Source of the DNA: a virus
Reading direction: 5' to 3' (one strand)
IMG/VR virus record: IMGVR_UViG_3300020172_003394
Location: 1-64,000 of that record
DNA length: 64,000 nucleotides
Shown here: in pieces, positions 36,428-44,822 of the stretch
How positions within the stretch are numbered: position 1 is the first letter of the stretch
How the letters are laid out: the number at the start of each line of letters is the position of its first letter
Program-made: the position numbers and the translations under genes
Notes under the pieces: model-generated
Told to the model about the DNA's origin: nothing
Databases searched by the model: none
What the model saw: only the letters and a program-made list of their open reading frames with translations

Positions 36428-36512
36428 GGACAGGTGGCAGAGTGGTCTATTGCAACGGTCTTGAAAACCGTCGAGCTGAGAGGCTCCGAGAGTTCGAATC
36501 CCTCCCTGTCCG
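36428..36512 (+). tRNA. tRNA-Ser(UGA)
   Basis: acggt-cttgaaa-accgt, V arm. Confidence 0.93.
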
Positions 36513-36527
36513 CTTAACGAGGTTATT

Positions 36528-36728
36528 ATGATACACGAATTCAAAACACCGTTTGATGTAAAAACCCCGCATGGAGATGGCCGAGCAATCTTATTGATTG
36601 ATTATGGTATTGATGTAAATACTGTTTGGGTCGTTAAACTTGACGGTGGAATCGTGAAGCATTACTATTCGGATGATATTCGTATTTACGACAACCCTAT
36701 GAATGGTAAGGGTTGGAACGTAGAATAA
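36528..36728 (+). CDS. conserved phage hypothetical protein
   Basis: GAGGT SD; TPHGDG.A..LIDYG...NTVWVV. Confidence 0.7.
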   Translation: MIHEFKTPFDVKTPHGDGRAILLIDYGIDVNTVWVVKLDGGIVKHYYSDDIRIYDNPMNGKGWNVE

Positions 36729-36737
36729 TAAATATCT

Positions 36738-36809
36738 GCCACAATAGCTCAGCGGTAGAGCACTCGATTTGTAATCGAGCGGTCGTCGGTTCAATCCCGA
36801 CTTGTGGCT
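36738..36809 (+). tRNA. tRNA-Thr(UGU)
   Basis: ctcga-tttgtaa-tcgag. Confidence 0.95.
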
Positions 36810-36921
36810 CTTAAATAAAACCAAACATACTTGATATTTATATAGGACTCGCACCGCAGTGGTGGAGTCCTTTTTACCGTGACGCTCAATAGTGAGGTCA
36901 CATAACATAGGAGGTCATTTT

Positions 36922-37401
36922 ATGACTCATTTAGTATTTCGCCCATTCGGGTCAACGGTTTTGAACAATCGGGATAACTTCATCAGCACATTTGATAAGA
37001 TGTTTGATGAATTTGCCAGAAAAGATTTCCCTGAGTTTTTCCAACACTTCGGGGCAGAGCCTTTTGGAAAGGCAGCATATCCAAAGGTTAATGTAATTAC
37101 AAATGACGAGGCTGTAGTTATTGAAGCAGAACTCGCTGGTTACAAGAAGGATGAAATTGATATTGAGGTCAAGGAAGGGGTCTTGACCATTTCGGGTGGT
37201 ACATCACAATTGAACGAGCAAACTGATAAAGTAGTTTATCTTCTACGAGAATTGAAGCGAAGCTCATTCTCTCGATCCTTTAAGCTCGGTGACCAATTGG
37301 ATGCATCAGAAGTAAATGCAAAGTTTGATAATGGGTTACTTACAATCACAATCCAAAAATTGCAAAAGGAGCCAGAGTCGAAAAAGGTTACGATTAAGTA
37401 A
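36922..37401 (+). CDS. small heat shock protein Hsp20
   Basis: YPKVNV, ELAG..K.EI.I, LTISG, F.RSF.L, A.FDNGLLTI. Confidence 0.93.
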   Translation: MTHLVFRPFGSTVLNNRDNFISTFDKMFDEFARKDFPEFFQHFGAEPFGKAAYPKVNVITNDEAVVIEAELAGYKKDEIDIEVKEGVLTISGGTSQLNEQTDKVVYLLRELKRSSFSRSFKLGDQLDASEVNAKFDNGLLTITIQKLQKEPESKKVTIK

Positions 37402-37424
37402 TAACACTCAACGCAGGAGAGTAT

Positions 37425-37505
37425 ATGTGCAGTTGTAATAGTGGTGTCTGTACGTGTGGCACCGGATGTACTTGTAGTTGTTGCTTAACCCTCATAGCCG
37501 ATTAA
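37425..37505 (+). CDS. 26-aa metallothionein-like peptide MCSCNSGVCTCGTGCTCSCCLTLIAD
   Basis: manual translation; AGGAG SD; 8 Cys in CxC/CC motifs. Confidence 0.6.
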   Translation: MCSCNSGVCTCGTGCTCSCCLTLIAD

Positions 37506-37567
37506 CAGGAGGTGATCTACATCGGTTATGTCTGACTCAAAACCCTAAATATTTAGGAGACATTTAT

Positions 37568-37603
37568 AAACGGGCCGGTCCTATAAAAGCCGGCCCGTTT
37601 TTT
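37568..37603 (+). terminator. intrinsic terminator
   Basis: aaacgggccgg/ccggcccgttt + T-run. Confidence 0.85.
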
Positions 37604-37615
37604 CTTGGAGTATAT

Positions 37616-38695
37616 ATGAGTAAATTTTTTAATTTCAAAACACTCGTTTCGTTGACAGCACTAACGATTGCAGCAACTGCAGCATTATTTTCAATTACAG
37701 GTATTGGAACATTATTTGCTGGTGCGGCATTGTCTGCGATGGTAATGGCCGGCGCTTTAGAATTAGGTAAACTGGTAGGTATTTCGTTTTTATATAGATA
37801 CTGGAAAGAACTTCCATTTACATTAAAAAGTTATATGTCAATAGCCAGTATCGTATTAATTATTATTACATCGGCGGGCATTTACGGATATCTATCATCC
37901 GCATATGCAAAAGTTGCAGCCGACCCGCTTCGTATGAACGCAGAAGTGCAAATCTTGAATTCGCAAGCGGCAACACTTGATGAAGAAATCAAACGAAAAA
38001 CTACTCGCTTAGACCAAATTATTACATTGCGTGGGCAGCAAGAAAATCGTATTGATAGTTTAATCGTGAGAAGTACAACAGGCAATACCACAACAATCCG
38101 TAATGCACAAAATCAATTAACAGAATTAAGCAGAACGGCAACAACCCTCCAACGTGAAATCAATCAATCCTCCGCTCAACGAGACAGTTTAAAAGCTAAA
38201 AGTTTGACTACAGACGTTGCAATCACTACTAATTCAGATATCGGAACCTTCGTATATATTTCCCGTGCAATCGGAGTGGAACTTGATACCGTAGTTAAAT
38301 GGTTTATATTAGTCATTGTATTGGTGTTTGACCCACTTTCTATCTGTCTTGTATTAGCATATAATTTTTTACAGAAGCGTGGTGACGTTGTACAAGAACC
38401 TAAAAAATTATCTATTTTTAACGAAGCCCCACCAGAACCTACCCCCGAGGTGGCGGAGGAAAAGATAATCGTTCCTGAACCAATTGTGCAAGAAGAAACG
38501 ATGATAAAACGTGAAGAAACGGAACTAGTTCAACCAGTTGAACCAGAAGAGCCCGTTGTGGAAGAACGTAGAGTAATACCATTTAATAATGGTGATTTTA
38601 ATGAAGATGACCCATTCCCACAATATATGACGAAGGCCGAAACAGAAGAAGTTTTAGAAAATTGGTGGGCAAAAAGAAATGGTCTTAAAAAATAA
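37616..38695 (+). CDS. multi-TM coiled-coil membrane protein
   Basis: SITGIG.LFAG, LELGKLV, TSAGIYGYLS, VFDPLS; start after GGAG. Confidence 0.75.
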   Translation: MSKFFNFKTLVSLTALTIAATAALFSITGIGTLFAGAALSAMVMAGALELGKLVGISFLYRYWKELPFTLKSYMSIASIVLIIITSAGIYGYLSSAYAKVAADPLRMNAEVQILNSQAATLDEEIKRKTTRLDQIITLRGQQENRIDSLIVRSTTGNTTTIRNAQNQLTELSRTATTLQREINQSSAQRDSLKAKSLTTDVAITTNSDIGTFVYISRAIGVELDTVVKWFILVIVLVFDPLSICLVLAYNFLQKRGDVVQEPKKLSIFNEAPPEPTPEVAEEKIIVPEPIVQEETMIKREETELVQPVEPEEPVVEERRVIPFNNGDFNEDDPFPQYMTKAETEEVLENWWAKRNGLKK

Positions 38696-38710
38696 TATTT
38701 AATACGGGAC

Positions 38711-38739
38711 TTGACAAATATAGAAATTAGTGTTATTAT
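38711..38739 (+). promoter_or_regulatory. sigma70-type promoter TTGACA-17-TATTAT
   Basis: consensus match. Confidence 0.7.
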
Positions 38740-38764
38740 TATACATCTCTAACAAGGGTATAAT

Positions 38765-39661
38765 ATGCCGCATCAAGTCGGTTATTGTTGTATCAATCTT
38801 ACACTACAAAAAACTCGTAAGATTACTACTAATCGCGGTATGATACAGCGCACCTTTTTGGAGCGTGGTGTCAAATATGCGTCAGAACTGGCATTGCAGA
38901 ACGCCAAAGACTTAGTGGAGATTATCAAGTGGAACGCACAGAATGGTGTCAAAGTGTTCCGACTATCCTCCGATTTATTTCCGTGGAACTCCAAATACAA
39001 ACTCGTAGACCTTCCAGACTACGACAAGATTAGTCAATATTTACTTGCCGCTGGTGCGATGGCGTATAACACTGGTCAGCGTATCACTGCACATCCTGAT
39101 CACTTTGTTAAGTTGGGTTCACTCAAACCCGAAGTTGTTGACAATGCTATTCACGACCTTGAACATCATTCCGAGGTGTTTGACTTGATGGGGTTGGCGG
39201 TGTCACATTACAACTGCCTTAATATCCACGTTGGTATGAACTACGACACCGATACGATTGACCGATGGGTTCGTGCATTTGATAGACTTTCTGACAACTG
39301 CAAAAAGCGATTGGTGGTCGAGAACGACGATAAGGGAAACGCATTCTCTGTTAAGCAGCTCCATCGTGAGATTACTTCTCGTACTGGAGTCCCCTTGACT
39401 TTTGACTATTTTCACCATACATTTCATCAAGATGGAATGTCCTCTACCGATGCCGCGCACCTTGCTGCATCTACGTGGGACACCAAACCACTATTTCATT
39501 ATAGCGAGTCTAAGAATTTGAACGAGAGTGTTTCTGGTAATCCACGGGCACACGCTGATTATGTATTTCGTAGTATTGATGACTACGGACTTGATATTGA
39601 CATTGACTTAGAAGCTAAGGCTAAAGAACTTGCATTACTCAAATATCGGGAGTTGTTATGA
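38765..39661 (+). CDS. uvsE: UV damage endonuclease
   Basis: GYCCIN, FRLSSDLFPW, HP, NIHVG, LVVENDD, FDYFHH, HYSES, HADY, EAKAKE. Confidence 0.93.
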   Translation: MPHQVGYCCINLTLQKTRKITTNRGMIQRTFLERGVKYASELALQNAKDLVEIIKWNAQNGVKVFRLSSDLFPWNSKYKLVDLPDYDKISQYLLAAGAMAYNTGQRITAHPDHFVKLGSLKPEVVDNAIHDLEHHSEVFDLMGLAVSHYNCLNIHVGMNYDTDTIDRWVRAFDRLSDNCKKRLVVENDDKGNAFSVKQLHREITSRTGVPLTFDYFHHTFHQDGMSSTDAAHLAASTWDTKPLFHYSESKNLNESVSGNPRAHADYVFRSIDDYGLDIDIDLEAKAKELALLKYRELL

Positions 39662-40284
39662 TAAGTTTCGCAATCACAACACACAATGAAGGACACTATA
39701 TTCAGCACCTACTGGACCAGCTCGTTCCCCACTGTGAAAAGACAGGGGATGAGATTGTTGTGGTGGATGATCATTCTACAGATTCATTTACCTCACAGAT
39801 ATTATATGGGTATGAAGAGCAGGATAAAATTAAATTGTATAGTCATGCACTAAACAACGATTTTGCCGCACATAAAAATTATCTCAATTCTGTGTGTGAT
39901 GGAGACTATATTTTCCAAGTAGATGCGGATGAAAAATTTCACGATAATCTCTTGACTTATTTACATGATATCGTGTATAATAATACTAACGTAGATTTGT
40001 TTTTAATTCCTCGTATTAATGTTGTTGCTGGTTTGACCGACGACGATATGCGTAGATGGGGATGGGTTATAGATGAAAAGGGTTGGGTAATGTTCCCAGA
40101 CTATCAGACTCGTTTATATAGAAACGTAGAAAATATTAAGTGGGAAGGAAAGGTGCATGAACGGATTGTAGGATACCAAACACACGCACCACTTCCAGCA
40201 GAAGAAGAATGGAGTTTGTATCATATCAAGGACATCAAGAGACAGCGGGAGCAAAACGCATATTATGACACAATTACACGGTAA
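39658..40284 (+). CDS. glycosyltransferase family 2
   Basis: ITTHNE, VVVDDHSTD, DADE, PDYQ.R, W.GKVHE. Confidence 0.9.
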   Translation: MISFAITTHNEGHYIQHLLDQLVPHCEKTGDEIVVVDDHSTDSFTSQILYGYEEQDKIKLYSHALNNDFAAHKNYLNSVCDGDYIFQVDADEKFHDNLLTYLHDIVYNNTNVDLFLIPRINVVAGLTDDDMRRWGWVIDEKGWVMFPDYQTRLYRNVENIKWEGKVHERIVGYQTHAPLPAEEEWSLYHIKDIKRQREQNAYYDTITR

Positions 40285-41317
40285 GCAAGCACTCACCTAC
40301 GATGATATAAATTTAATTCCATCGTTTTCGAGTATTGAATCACGTAACACAATTGACCTATCTACACAACTTACGACTAATTATAAGATCAGAATTCCAT
40401 TAATTGCGTCACCAATGGATACGGTATGTGATAGTGAAATGGCAATCGCAATGGAAGAACTTGGTGGAGTTGGTATTATCCACAGATTTATGTCTATTGA
40501 AGAACAATCCAAGGAAGTTAGTAGGGTGTTTCTACATACGCATATCATTGGTAGATGGGTCTTTAACGGAATTCCACAGAGAGTTCCCGTATCTGCCGCA
40601 ATCGGAGCAAACGGTGACTATCTAGAACGAGCACAGGAGTTGACAAAGCAAGGTGCTAATGTTATACTAATAGATGTGGCTCATGGATATCATAAGTTTG
40701 TGATGGAGGCAATTCGTAATTTGAAGAAAACACTTCCGTCACACGTTGATATCATCGCAGGAAATGTGGCAACGGGAGACGCAGCATATAACTTACAGGA
40801 TGCAGGAGCAGATGCAATCCGTGTTGGTATCGGTGGTGGGTCACTTTGCACTACTCGTATTAAGACTGGTTTTGGTGTTCCAAATGTGACTTCACTCCAA
40901 GATTGTGCACAAGATGTGAGTGTTCCTATTATCGCATGTGGTGGTATTCGGTCAAGTGGTGATATTGCAAAAGCGTTGGGAGTTGGAGCAAGTTCAGTAA
41001 TCCTTGGGTCACTCATCGCAGGAACGAAAGAAGCGCCTGGAGCAATTCTTGAAAAGAACAATGGGTTGTATAAGCGGTATCGTGGAGCCGCATCGTTGGA
41101 AACGAAGAGTATTCACGGTCAAGCAAAGAGAAATGTGGAAGGAGAATCCACAGTTGTTCCGTTTAAGGGTGGTGTAAAGTTCATCGTAGAGGGTTTGTTG
41201 GATGGAGTACGGTCAGCATTGTCGTATGCAGGAGCAAACAATCTCGGTGAATATTTCCCAGAATATGTTGTCGTGACTCAAGCTGGAGTAAATGAGGCAA
41301 GACCACATATTCTCTAA
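40265..41317 (+). CDS. guaB: IMP dehydrogenase / GMP reductase family (no CBS domain)
   Basis: LTYDD, ASPMDTV, IDVAHG, GIGGGSLCTTR, GGI, YRGAAS, EG. Confidence 0.88.
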   Translation: MTQLHGKQALTYDDINLIPSFSSIESRNTIDLSTQLTTNYKIRIPLIASPMDTVCDSEMAIAMEELGGVGIIHRFMSIEEQSKEVSRVFLHTHIIGRWVFNGIPQRVPVSAAIGANGDYLERAQELTKQGANVILIDVAHGYHKFVMEAIRNLKKTLPSHVDIIAGNVATGDAAYNLQDAGADAIRVGIGGGSLCTTRIKTGFGVPNVTSLQDCAQDVSVPIIACGGIRSSGDIAKALGVGASSVILGSLIAGTKEAPGAILEKNNGLYKRYRGAASLETKSIHGQAKRNVEGESTVVPFKGGVKFIVEGLLDGVRSALSYAGANNLGEYFPEYVVVTQAGVNEARPHIL

Positions 41318-41330
41318 ACAGGAGAATAGT

Positions 41331-41855
41331 ATGAAAAACTTAATAACCGTTTTCGCTACACTAACGATTCTTTTGATGTTAAAAGTAAACGAAGATGTCC
41401 ATATACCTAACCGAATTGTTCGGTCAGAACCAACCGAATTAGAAAAGTTTCTTACCCATATGGCACAACGGGAAAGTGATAACACTCTGCATGTGGTCAA
41501 TAGATTTGGAATGCTGGGAAAATATCAATTTCATCCCAATACTATTAAAGGTCTTGGATTTAATGTCACACAAAAAGAGTTTCTATCTAATGCAGAATTG
41601 CAAGATTCTGTGATGGTGGCGTATCTACGAGCAAATAATGAAGAATTAAAAACACTAATCACTAAATACGAAAATAAAATTATTAAGGGTGTGAAAGTTA
41701 CACGGTCAGGTGTATTGGCAGCTGCGCATTTGGCGGGTTCTACAAATGTGAAGCTATATTTCCAAAACTCGGATTTGAATGGACGAACAGATGCAAACGG
41801 TACGAGTATTCGTGAGTATATGCAGACATTTTCAATGTACATTCTAAATTTATAA
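41331..41855 (+). CDS. lysozyme-like peptidoglycan hydrolase with N-terminal anchor
   Basis: RES...VVN..G.LGKYQF; LAAAHLAG. Confidence 0.7.
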   Translation: MKNLITVFATLTILLMLKVNEDVHIPNRIVRSEPTELEKFLTHMAQRESDNTLHVVNRFGMLGKYQFHPNTIKGLGFNVTQKEFLSNAELQDSVMVAYLRANNEELKTLITKYENKIIKGVKVTRSGVLAAAHLAGSTNVKLYFQNSDLNGRTDANGTSIREYMQTFSMYILNL

Positions 41856-41870
41856 CTTAAAAACAATACG

Positions 41871-42149
41871 ATGATATTAATATTAGTAATCAGTATTTCA
41901 TTAAATTTGGCGTTCGGTTATGCAAGTTGGAATCTTTTGCGTAAGAACGAAGTTATGGAAGATGCCATTGATATCTTTTACACCCGTTTGGACAAGACAC
42001 TACAAACTATGCGGGCTATCGATACACGACAAATTTTTGAAAAGGACGACGAAGTGGGGTCAGTTTTTCAACAAATTGTTGATACAGTAAATGATTTACG
42101 CCCGCTCCTATATGGGAGTAATATAGAAAATGGGAAGAACGAAAGTTAA
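41871..42149 (+). CDS. TM-anchored hypothetical protein
   Basis: hydrophobic N-terminus; FEKDDEVG motif. Confidence 0.65.
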   Translation: MILILVISISLNLAFGYASWNLLRKNEVMEDAIDIFYTRLDKTLQTMRAIDTRQIFEKDDEVGSVFQQIVDTVNDLRPLLYGSNIENGKNES

Positions 42150-42867
42150 GTTAGGTAAAGTCTACTTTACGCAAGAAACAGAAGATGCAATTATCAAATA
42201 CAACCAAAGTGATGATGTGGAAGAAAGAGAATATCTATATCGTGAGTATATTTGGGCACCATTCGATAAATTGGCAGAAAATGTAATCAACAGATTTAAG
42301 TTCCCATATATGGAAGGCTCTTTTGACGATATTAAGTCAGAAGTAGTCTCCTTTTTGGTTATCAATCTGCATAAATTTGCTAGTGGGAAAGGAAAAGCAT
42401 TCTCATACTTTAGTGTGATTGCAAAAAATTATCTTATATTACATAATAACAACGCATACAAAGAAGAAAAGAGGTCAGTGTATCTTGGTGATAAGACCGA
42501 TGAGACATTTTCATTAGAAGAAATCCTTGTATCAGAACCAGAAGAGCACGAAATTAAGAGTGACATGCGAGATTTTATTCATCTCCTTGTGCAATATTGG
42601 GACTTCAATACCACTAAGATTTTTAAGAAGAAGCGAGATATAGAAATCGCTAATGCAGTGGTTGAACTTCTTCGTAGAGTTGATAATATCGACAATTTTA
42701 ACAAAAAAGCTCTCTACTTAATGATTAGAGAGATGACGAATCACAAAACATCCCATATCACTAAGGTTATCAATAAGATGCGGGCACACGTTTTGGTCCA
42801 AATGAACGAATTTAGACGAACAGGACATATTTCCGACCCATCCGCATATTTTACGTATAAAAAATAG
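42130..42867 (+). CDS. phage late sigma factor (gp55-like)
   Basis: KLAENVI..F.F.Y, KF...KGKAFSYFSVIAKN region-2-like pattern; precedes virion genes. Confidence 0.7.
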   Translation: MGRTKVKLGKVYFTQETEDAIIKYNQSDDVEEREYLYREYIWAPFDKLAENVINRFKFPYMEGSFDDIKSEVVSFLVINLHKFASGKGKAFSYFSVIAKNYLILHNNNAYKEEKRSVYLGDKTDETFSLEEILVSEPEEHEIKSDMRDFIHLLVQYWDFNTTKIFKKKRDIEIANAVVELLRRVDNIDNFNKKALYLMIREMTNHKTSHITKVINKMRAHVLVQMNEFRRTGHISDPSAYFTYKK

Positions 42868-42905
42868 CCTCTAACTATTTATATTGTAGTAACTTGGAGG
42901 TTATA

Positions 42906-43301
42906 ATGAGTTTAGACAAGGAAATATTTGACGGAAAGACCCTTTCGGACCTCTTTTCGGAAATCTACAAAAATTCAGACTCTAAAAGACAACAAATCAA
43001 TCAGTATGTGTCTAGTATGGTGAAGCTTATTCGTACACCAGAAGACGCCGCGATTATTGGTCCTGTAATCAAGGACTTTATTGAGGTGAACGTCAAAAAT
43101 GACGAACACCTCATTCGCATTGCCCAAATCGCACAACGATTGGTTGGTGCTGTAACTAAGGGTGAATCAATTGATGGATTGTTGTCCGAAGCTGAAAAAC
43201 AAGCACTCTTGGGTGACTTGAAAATGGAAGTAGAAAAGATGGAAGATGAAGGTAAAGAAATAGAAGAGGACATCTTCGCAATATCCACGAGAATCAAGTA
43301 A
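42906..43301 (+). CDS. conserved hypothetical protein
   Basis: GGAGGT SD; TATTTATA motif upstream. Confidence 0.7.
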   Translation: MSLDKEIFDGKTLSDLFSEIYKNSDSKRQQINQYVSSMVKLIRTPEDAAIIGPVIKDFIEVNVKNDEHLIRIAQIAQRLVGAVTKGESIDGLLSEAEKQALLGDLKMEVEKMEDEGKEIEEDIFAISTRIK

Positions 43302-44821
43302 TGCCAGGCATAGGATTTAGAACATCTGTTAGTAATAAAGCAGCAACGTTGTTACCTGGAGGACCAGGTTCACAACCAATGCCAACTACAGATTTCTTTA
43401 TCTATGAAGCGGCACAAGTTGAAGAAATCGTACAAAACGAAGCTAGTAATTTGTCATCAACAACTAGCACTACAGCTAATACAGGAAGAGTAAAAATACG
43501 GTTTATTAATACGGGTAAAGGTACCAATAGTAGTGAACTTGATTGGGCTGATCCACTACTACCGCATCAAACTATGCCACCATTGATTGGTGAATATGTT
43601 CTTGTATTTAAAATGTTGGGAACATATTTTTATGTCGGACCAATTAACACCAAACGACAAATTACAGAAAATGCACATCCACTACTTGGTTTGGCAGCTA
43701 GTCAACCAACCAATCAACTATTCAAAAATCAAAGAAAAACAGCACTTGGTGTATTAACACAAGCAACACCAAATATTAATAAAGTTGGTACAAATTTTAA
43801 AAAACAAAAGATTAATCCATTAAAGTCATTCGAAGGTGATATTATTTACCAAGGACGATACGGACAATCCATTCGGTTTGGTAGCAGCCAGATGGTTGGC
43901 TCTTCGTTGGGTGAACAATTTCCAAATATTATTCTTCGTGCAGGACAAGGACCAGATACAGCAAAAACAACGGATGATAAAGGTGAATCCTCGTTAACAA
44001 ACGAGTCTATCAACCAAGATGCTAGTTCAATTTATCTAGTCGCAAAACAAATTTTAGGATTGATACCCGCGACATACGGAACTAATATTCATCTCAGTTC
44101 TTTGCTAGAAAAACCATTTGCATTTGATGGTGCGTCTATATTGTTGAATTCTGATAGAGTGATACTTAACTCCAAAGCAACATCAATTTTTATGTTTGCT
44201 AGAAAAGGTATTCATCTTAATTCCTTAGAAGATGGTGTCACGGTAGACACTGCCGGCCCGATTCTATTTAAGACACCAAACAACATATCGATTTTTGGTG
44301 AAAAAACAGTAGACGTTACAAGTAAAGAAGATGGATTATTTATTGCTAAACGAGATGTTAATATTAGTGGTGATAGAAACGTTACACTATATGGTAATGA
44401 AATTTTCTTAGGTGGTAGAAGTGCACAAGCATCACCGATTGTTATGGCAAAACCATTGAAGTTATTTCTATTGGAATTGTTGAGAACGTTAATGTCAACG
44501 TCACCTCTAGTGGTGGGACCATTTGGATTAATAAATCCAGCATTAATTGCAAGATTGTTGATAGTATACTCAAAGTATATGGTATTTCCTGACCCATTCA
44601 ATCCGTTGTGGGCATCAAATGATAATTTCGTGATGAAAACCAACGAACAAACAATGAGTGGACCAACATACCTACCAGCAAATCAATCATTTAAGCAGGT
44701 TAGTGGATTGGGCACTCGTAGTTCGGCTGATGCAGCAAGATTCGCTAGAAACGAAGTAGATAACGCGGGATTACAGCAAGCACGTAAATTATTTGATGAT
44801 GAACTCGTAGCGAAGTTATAA
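43301..44821 (+). CDS. baseplate hub/spike (gp5-like) protein
   Basis: GRVKIRF...P.IGEYV OB-fold-like; EGDII.QGRYGQSIRF; beta-helix-like repeats. Confidence 0.6.
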   Translation: MPGIGFRTSVSNKAATLLPGGPGSQPMPTTDFFIYEAAQVEEIVQNEASNLSSTTSTTANTGRVKIRFINTGKGTNSSELDWADPLLPHQTMPPLIGEYVLVFKMLGTYFYVGPINTKRQITENAHPLLGLAASQPTNQLFKNQRKTALGVLTQATPNINKVGTNFKKQKINPLKSFEGDIIYQGRYGQSIRFGSSQMVGSSLGEQFPNIILRAGQGPDTAKTTDDKGESSLTNESINQDASSIYLVAKQILGLIPATYGTNIHLSSLLEKPFAFDGASILLNSDRVILNSKATSIFMFARKGIHLNSLEDGVTVDTAGPILFKTPNNISIFGEKTVDVTSKEDGLFIAKRDVNISGDRNVTLYGNEIFLGGRSAQASPIVMAKPLKLFLLELLRTLMSTSPLVVGPFGLINPALIARLLIVYSKYMVFPDPFNPLWASNDNFVMKTNEQTMSGPTYLPANQSFKQVSGLGTRSSADAARFARNEVDNAGLQQARKLFDDELVAKL

Positions 44822-44822
44822 T

